Shown piece after piece: positions 1 to 4,623 of a stretch of 4,623 nucleotides of DNA. The notes beneath the pieces were generated by a model, which did not search any database, had not been told where the DNA came from, and was given only the letters and a program-made list of their open reading frames with translations. Location of the stretch: IMG/VR virus record IMGVR_UViG_2698536443_000019; one strand, written 5' to 3'. How positions within the stretch are numbered: the first letter of the stretch is position 1; every line of letters begins with the position of its first letter. Made by a program: the position numbers and the translations under genes. The DNA is from a virus (lineage: Duplodnaviria > Heunggongvirae > Uroviricota > Caudoviricetes).

Positions 1-148
1 GTACGCGATCTGTTGCCCTGGAAAGTTGATCTGAGCTCTCAGTAAATATCAATACGGTTCTGACGAGTCGCTTACGAAGCCCAAAGGCCTCAGCGATTTT
101 AAAAACACTCCAGTAATAAGCATCACCGATCCCGCTCACATTTGACAT
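1..148 (-). CDS. nohA: 5' part of a Nu1-position gene (putative terminase small subunit), partial; continues beyond window start
   Basis: Only one minus-strand frame is open from 160 to position 1. ATG at 148-146 is preceded by GGAG with 6-nt spacing; an in-frame ATG at 160-158 has no SD. Translation MSNVSGIGDAYYWSVFKIAEAFGLRKRLVRTV... has an HTH-like segment loosely resembling the lambda Nu1 N-terminus. It sits about 185-195 bp downstream of the cosN-like site, as in lambda. Symbol is a synteny inference. Confidence 0.4.
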   Translation of the reverse strand, partial: MSNVSGIGDAYYWSVFKIAEAFGLRKRLVRTVLIFTESSDQLSRATDRV

Positions 149-214
149 AAGCAACTCCATCTGGCAGGTGAAAATCATGTTTATTTATATATTTCAATTA
201 ATTGCAAACTGGTC

Positions 215-290
215 TAATGACAGGGAGAAAGAAATATTGTACAGGTGAAAAGAGAAATAACTTTTAATTATCAATAAATTACCAAACATG
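215..290 (-). other. cosB-like region: IHF consensus site plus two R-like direct repeats
   Basis: Plus-strand 269-281 TATCAATAAATTA matches the IHF consensus WATCAANNNNTTR exactly. Plus-strand 224-237 and 247-260 carry a GA(A/G)AAAGA(G)AAATA direct repeat resembling the complement of lambda R elements. The region is AT-rich and lies between cosN and the Nu1-position start. Confidence 0.4.
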
Positions 291-332
291 CTGCCGCCGC
301 CATGGAAATGCAAAAACTAGCCTTTTTCCGCG

Positions 333-344
333 ACGCTCCCGCCC
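333..344 (-). other. cosN-like cohesive-end site
   Basis: Minus strand reads GGGCGGGAGCGT-CGCGG-AAAAAGG, against lambda GGGCGGCGACCT-CGCGG-GTTTTCG as recalled. It lies 184-196 bp upstream of the candidate Nu1 start codons, versus about 190 bp in lambda. Confidence 0.5.
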
Positions 345-372
345 GTGGCAGGGGCCCCCACCGGGAGGACCC

Positions 373-395
373 GACAGCCTGACAGCCTGACAGCC
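373..395 (+). repeat. Tandem 8-bp repeat (GACAGCCT x 2.9) in a GC-rich patch
   Basis: Directly visible: gacagcct gacagcct gacagcc. An 8-bp palindrome GGGGCCCC sits at 351-358. Confidence 0.6.
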
Positions 396-531
396 GTGAT
401 GAGCATCTGATACAGCGCTTTACATAATGGCATAGGAATAATTCAGAAGGACATCACAGCATGCCCACACAAATTAGTGTGAGTGTCCTGTTTCTTCCTA
501 CGCACAGGACTGACGAGCATGAGGGGAAAAT

Positions 532-699
532 ATGCGAACCATAAATGCCTCATCTTCAGCAATGCAACCGGCATCCGAACAGGACGATATTGTAAATTCA
601 CCTAATTACGAGGACATTGCAGTAGTTGAATTGCAGCTCTGTATTAGCCTGACAGTGACAGAATGCGATATTGACTCTGTCACAGGTGAAATAGTTTGA
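532..699 (+). CDS. Hypothetical small acidic protein (55 aa)
   Basis: ATG at 532 is preceded by GAGGGG with 6-nt spacing. Translation MRTINASSSAMQPASEQDDIVNSPNYEDIAVVELQLCISLTVTECDIDSVTGEIV, stop TGA 697-699. Below the 60-aa ORF-track cutoff. No recognisable family. Confidence 0.3.
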   Translation: MRTINASSSAMQPASEQDDIVNSPNYEDIAVVELQLCISLTVTECDIDSVTGEIV

Positions 700-719
700 A
701 TGATTAGCAGTTATGGTGC

Positions 720-926
720 TCAGTCAACCACCAGGGAATAATCCTTCGAATTCTTATCGTGCTTCACCAACGCTGCCTCAATTGCCCTGAATGCTTCCAG
801 AGACACCTGATGTTCTATACATGCAATTACAACATCCGGGTAACTCATAGAAATGGTGCTATTAAGCATATTTTTTACACGAATCAGATCCAACGAGACT
901 TCATCAGCAGATTGTTCTTTATTCAT
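720..926 (-). CDS. Hypothetical small protein (68 aa), unknown function; may correspond to a small Qin cargo gene such as ynfO
   Basis: ATG at 926-924 is preceded by GGAG with 7-nt spacing. The frame is closed upstream by a stop at 951-953, so 68 aa is the maximum. No family recognised. Confidence 0.5.
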   Translation of the reverse strand: MNKEQSADEVSLDLIRVKNMLNSTISMSYPDVVIACIEHQVSLEAFRAIEAALVKHDKNSKDYSLVVD

Positions 927-1226
927 TTTGTCGCTCCATGCGTTTGCTCGTCATCTAGCGGTTAAAATATTACTTCAAATCTTACTGCATAAAAGAGGAA
1001 AAGTATGAAAGTTTGAGTACATCGACCTTACATACATCTGTCGGTTGCATATCCCTCCTGGATGCCAGCAAGGCTCAATTTTGTTACGCAATCAACACTA
1101 TTCATTAAAAACAGGCTTAATATTTGACATAAATCATCAACAAAACACAAAGAGGTCAGACCAGATTGAAACAATAAACACGATAATGCTAACTACGCGC
1201 CATCGTATCACATGGAAGGTTTACCA

Positions 1227-1637
1227 ATGGCTCAGGCTGCCATTTTTAAAGAAATATTCGATCAAGTGCGTAAAGATTTAAACTGTGAATTATTTTATTC
1301 TGAGCTAAAACGTCACAATGTCTCACTTTATATTTACTATTTAGCCACAGATAATATTCACATTGTGTTAGAAAACGACAACATAGTGTTAGTAAAAGGA
1401 CTCAAAAAGGTTGTAAATGTTAAATTCTCCAGAAACAAACATCTTATAGAGACCTCCTATAATAAGTTGAAATCAAAAGAAATCACATTTCAACAATACA
1501 GGGAAAATCTTGCTAAAGCAGGAGTTTTCCGATGGGTTACAAATATCCAGGAACACCAAAGATATTACTATGCCTTTGATAACTCATTACTATTTACTGA
1601 AAGCATCCAGAAAACTACACAGATCTTACCACGCTAA
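1227..1637 (+). CDS. ydfO: DUF1398-family prophage protein (YdfO-like), 136 aa
   Basis: ORF 1212..1637 in the track. The second in-frame ATG at 1227 has GGAAGG 7 nt upstream, while the first ATG at 1212 has no SD. Sequence [18 protein letters not shown]... recalled as YdfO of Qin. Confidence 0.75.
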   Translation: MAQAAIFKEIFDQVRKDLNCELFYSELKRHNVSLYIYYLATDNIHIVLENDNIVLVKGLKKVVNVKFSRNKHLIETSYNKLKSKEITFQQYRENLAKAGVFRWVTNIQEHQRYYYAFDNSLLFTESIQKTTQILPR

Positions 1638-1645
1638 ACCATAAC

Positions 1646-1674
1646 GTCCGGCTTCTCTCACTCCTGAGCCGGAC
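1646..1674 (+). terminator. Perfect 8-bp inverted repeat downstream of ydfO (possible weak terminator or RNA stem-loop)
   Basis: GTCCGGCT-(13 nt)-AGCCGGAC starting 9 nt after the ydfO stop. The following T-tract is weak (tgcattggttt) and the loop is long. Confidence 0.3.
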
Positions 1675-1740
1675 TGCATTGGTTTAATAAAAACCATCAA
1701 CAATTGTGATTTAGATATTCGGAACCATTCAAATATAACA

Positions 1741-1762
1741 AAACCCCGTAAAAACGAGGTTT
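1741..1762 (-). terminator. Putative intrinsic terminator downstream of gnsB
   Basis: Minus-strand hairpin CCUCG-uuuuua-CGGGG (5 bp including one G-U, extendable by A-U pairs) followed by TTTTGTT, about 25 nt after the gnsB stop. Confidence 0.4.
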
Positions 1763-1788
1763 ATGGATAAATTTTATTATTGAATACA

Positions 1789-1968
1789 TCAGATTAAATT
1801 AATCTTGACATCATAGCTTTCAAGACCCGTCATTTTTTCCCGTGCGGTAAACTGAATACTGGTAACTTCTTTCCCGGTCTTTTTCTTAAGTTCAATAATT
1901 TTTTTTGTTATATATTCAGAAATATCTGCTTCTGCTTTTGTTTTTGTTTTTAAGTTTTCAATATTCAT
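1789..1968 (-). CDS. gnsB: GnsA/GnsB-family small protein (GnsB-like)
   Basis: Track ORF 1789..1971. Tandem ATGs at 1971 and 1968; the SD AAGAGGA is 2 nt from the first and 5 nt from the second, favouring 1968. Sequence resembles GnsA (…FTAREKMTGLESYDVKI…). Confidence 0.8.
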   Translation of the reverse strand: MNIENLKTKTKAEADISEYITKKIIELKKKTGKEVTSIQFTAREKMTGLESYDVKINLI

Positions 1969-2017
1969 CATTTCCTCTTTTAGTCTGTTATGACTTTCCA
2001 GTTACACAGTAAGTCGA

Positions 2018-2046
2018 TTATATGGTGCAAACGTGTAAAAGATAAG
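2018..2046 (-). promoter_or_regulatory. Candidate sigma70 promoter for gnsB
   Basis: Perfect TATAAT on the minus strand (plus 2018-2023) about 50 nt upstream of the gnsB start. The -35 is weak (TTATCT at 17-bp spacing). Confidence 0.35.
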
Positions 2047-2139
2047 ATGAAACATCGCAATAATCAACATACGATAGTCTAAATTTTACACAAACAGACA
2101 AAGAGAATTTTCCTGAATTATCAATACAATAGCATCAAA

Positions 2140-2295
2140 TCAACTCAAGAGCCTTATTGCTGCTTCCAGAATTTCTTCTGAAGTAACATGTCGATCCGCG
2201 GCTACATAAATGACTTTATGATCTCCGGTCAGAGATGGAAACCCTGCGGCCATTACAGTAAGGTGTGTTTTTTCGCCATTTGGATATTCACGCAT
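2140..2295 (-). CDS. ynfN: Small cold-shock-associated prophage protein YnfN (51-aa form)
   Basis: In-frame ATG at 2295-2293 has GGAG 11 nt upstream and gives MREYPNGEKTHLTVMAAGFPSLTGDHKVIYVAADRHVTSEEILEAAIRLLS. Longer in-frame forms (ATG 2370, TTG 2412) lack an SD and run into the upstream terminator. Confidence 0.55.
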   Translation of the reverse strand: MREYPNGEKTHLTVMAAGFPSLTGDHKVIYVAADRHVTSEEILEAAIRLLS

Positions 2296-2412
2296 GATGG
2301 TGTTAACTCCAGTCATCGCTGGCACTACCACTGCTGGTTCAGAGTTAAAAAAAACTATGATTTTTTTCATGATGTTACCGTAGTATGTGAGTATCCATCG
2401 AATAGATACCAA

Positions 2413-2436
2413 GCAAAAAAGCTCCCGAAGGAGCCT
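2413..2436 (-). terminator. Strong rho-independent terminator (UUCG tetraloop hairpin plus T6)
   Basis: Minus strand GGCUCC-UUCG-GGAGCU followed by TTTTTTG. On the plus strand the same hairpin is followed by a T-rich run, so it may act bidirectionally. Confidence 0.7.
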
Positions 2437-2641
2437 TCATTTTCACTTTTTTAAATCCAACGACAGACGGCTGGCATTTAAGTATTGTGAAATATTATCA
2501 AATGTAATCATCATTGATTTACAAAAGATACATTTTGCCCCGAAAGGATTCATGTCAGAAACATCAAAAGATGATGTTCTATACTGGGAACCATGACAAC
2601 ACGGGCATCTAAAGTGAATATGGTTTGTAATATTGTCTACC

Positions 2642-2854
2642 TCAAAGCGCCACTACATGAACAGCGGCAGGACCTTTAGGTCCGTTCTCAATACCAAATT
2701 CAACTTCCTGATTCTCAGTTAATGTTTTGAAATCGTTGCTCTGAATTGCTGAGAAATGGACAAACACATCTTTGCTGCCATCTTTCGGCGTGATGAAACC
2801 AAAACCTTTTTCAGGGTTAAACCATTTCACTAAACCAGTCATTTTGTTAGACAT
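2642..2854 (-). CDS. cspI: Cold-shock protein CspI (CspA family), 70 aa
   Basis: [38 protein letters not shown]... carries the RNP1 (KGFGFI) and RNP2 (VFVHF) motifs. The RBS context AAAGGTAATAATT-ATG is cspA-like. Confidence 0.9.
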   Translation of the reverse strand: MSNKMTGLVKWFNPEKGFGFITPKDGSKDVFVHFSAIQSNDFKTLTENQEVEFGIENGPKGPAAVHVVAL

Positions 2855-3033
2855 AATTATTACCTTTTGAAGAAATTAGCCCTTGGGCAGAATGGTCCGA
2901 AAAAAATATCAGAGAGAAAAACCAACAAGGAAATCTCAAGAGGTACAAATAATAAAATTATAACAATGACTGCTTCAGATAAATTTGTAACAAACCAGAA
3001 CACCATTAACGCATGATTAACCACCCATAGCAA
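2855..3033 (-). promoter_or_regulatory. cspA-type promoter with AT-rich upstream region and long (about 140 nt) 5' leader containing a cold-box-like element
   Basis: Minus strand: -35 TTGCTA (plus 3028-3033), 17-bp spacer, -10 GTTAAT (plus 3005-3010), compared with cspA TTGCAT/CTTAAT. Downstream TGGTTTGTTACAAA parallels the cspA cold box ACGGTTTGACGTACAGA. Upstream is AT-rich. Confidence 0.45.
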
Positions 3034-3215
3034 GGATTACTTTTGTAAAGAAAAACACAGCAATGAAAGAATAGCTTTATTTATTAATAAAACGTGTCAT
3101 TCTGATTAAGACCTTTTATCTTACCCTTAAGATTTCAGGAATTTTGGCTCATGGAAGAGTCCTTTTTATTTAAATTTTACATTCCGCGATGTAAATGTTC
3201 CGATTTAATATTACC

Positions 3216-4239
<1,024 letters not shown>

Positions 4240-4243
<4 letters not shown>

Positions 4244-4428
4244 ATATATTTATGATGAGGACGCTCGTGCTTATTGGCAGGATTTTCAATCTTAAAGGAG
4301 TACTGATGCTGCAGATAAGACTCAACTTTTTCTGACAATTTTTCTGCTACTTCCAGGAAGACTTGCCGGACGCTCCTTCTGGCTGCTGCCTCATAAAACT
4401 CCAGCGCAGCTCCTTCAACACGGTCCAT
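4240..4428 (-). CDS. Small hydrophilic lysis-cassette protein (62 aa from the only canonical start); possibly YdfR-like, and possibly a 5'-truncated or mis-started longer gene
   Basis: ATG at 4428, stop overlapping the endolysin ATG (ATGA). The same frame stays open a further 40 codons upstream to a TAA at 4549-4551 with no ATG/GTG/TTG. Weak RBS. Confidence 0.45.
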
Positions 4429-4560
4429 GGCGACATCCAGGTCAAAAATTTCACCGTCAAAGCGTTCCTTGTCCTGTAAGGCTACAGTTACCGTAACTTT
4501 ATTCTCAAAATTACGGACTGAACCGCCCCGGGTTTCCTGGAGAGTGTTTTATCTGTGAAC

Positions 4561-4623
4561 TCAGGCTGCCAGATCATCGTTTCCGATGGAAGCATAATAA
4601 GCTTTTTCTGCTTCTGCCGGAGG
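4561..4623 (-). CDS. 3' end of an upstream ORF (partial, entering from beyond the window end); identity unknown
   Basis: Minus frame ...PPAEAEKAYYASIGNDDLAA-TGA ends at 4561-4563. A second minus frame (...LRQKQKKLIMLPSETMIWQPEF...) is also open from the window edge to 4488, so the true frame is uncertain. Neither looks like a holin. Confidence 0.3.
   Translation of the reverse strand, partial: PPAEAEKAYYASIGNDDLAA

Noticed and set aside
177-248. Plus-strand 23-codon ORF (MFIYIFQLIANWSNDREKEILYR) in the cosB region
   Set aside because: Very short, no SD, AT-rich regulatory DNA; most likely a chance ORF.
373-395. Tandem octamer repeat as a CRISPR array or VNTR-type mobile element
   Set aside because: Units are only 8 bp with no spacers and no flanking cas or transposase genes; it is better explained as a cos-associated repeat.
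759-965. Plus-strand 68-aa ORF
   Set aside because: Mirror-image shadow of the minus-strand 720..926 ORF, which has the better RBS; Cys/Phe-rich, improbable translation.
141-1132. 11-bp repeat ATTTGACATAA at about 141-151 and 1122-1132
   Set aside because: A single 11-mer match within 4.6 kb (both strands considered) is within chance expectation, and one copy lies inside coding sequence.
1045-1281. Plus-strand 78-aa ORF overlapping the ydfO start
   Set aside because: Its ATG is preceded by CCCTCC (anti-SD-like, no RBS) and it overlaps ydfO out of frame; likely spurious.
2188-2596. Plus-strand ORFs 2188..2454 and 2387..2596
   Set aside because: They overlap ynfN antisense and span the strong terminator hairpin; no RBS, and composition is atypical.
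3175-3200. AT-rich inverted repeat ATTTACAT-cgcgga-ATGTAAA just after the Rz stop as a terminator
   Set aside because: The stem is A/T only (low stability) with no proper U-tract on the minus strand; read-through into cspI seems more likely.

Overview
This window reads as the late-region junction of a lambdoid (Qin-like) E. coli prophage. Everything here is from reading the sequence and from recalled protein families; no database search was run. On the minus strand, in transcription order from high to low coordinates, it holds the tail of a lysis cassette: a small ORF, a signal-anchor-release (SAR) T4-type endolysin, and an Rz/Rz1 spanin pair with Rz1 nested in Rz. These are followed by a cargo ('moron') island: cold-shock protein CspI with a cspA-like promoter and long leader, YnfN, GnsB, a plus-strand DUF1398 gene (ydfO-like), and two convergent small ORFs. 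Last comes a lambda-like cos site (cosN-like GGGCGGGAGCGT, an IHF consensus, and R-like repeats) about 185-195 bp upstream of the 5' end of a Nu1-position gene that runs off the window. No holin, rRNA, tRNA, CRISPR array or IS element is visible. I see no clear evidence of a novel multi-gene system. The most under-explained items are the convergent small-ORF pair, the start-less open frame upstream of the endolysin, and an orphan terminator with a possible small transcript downstream of cspI.
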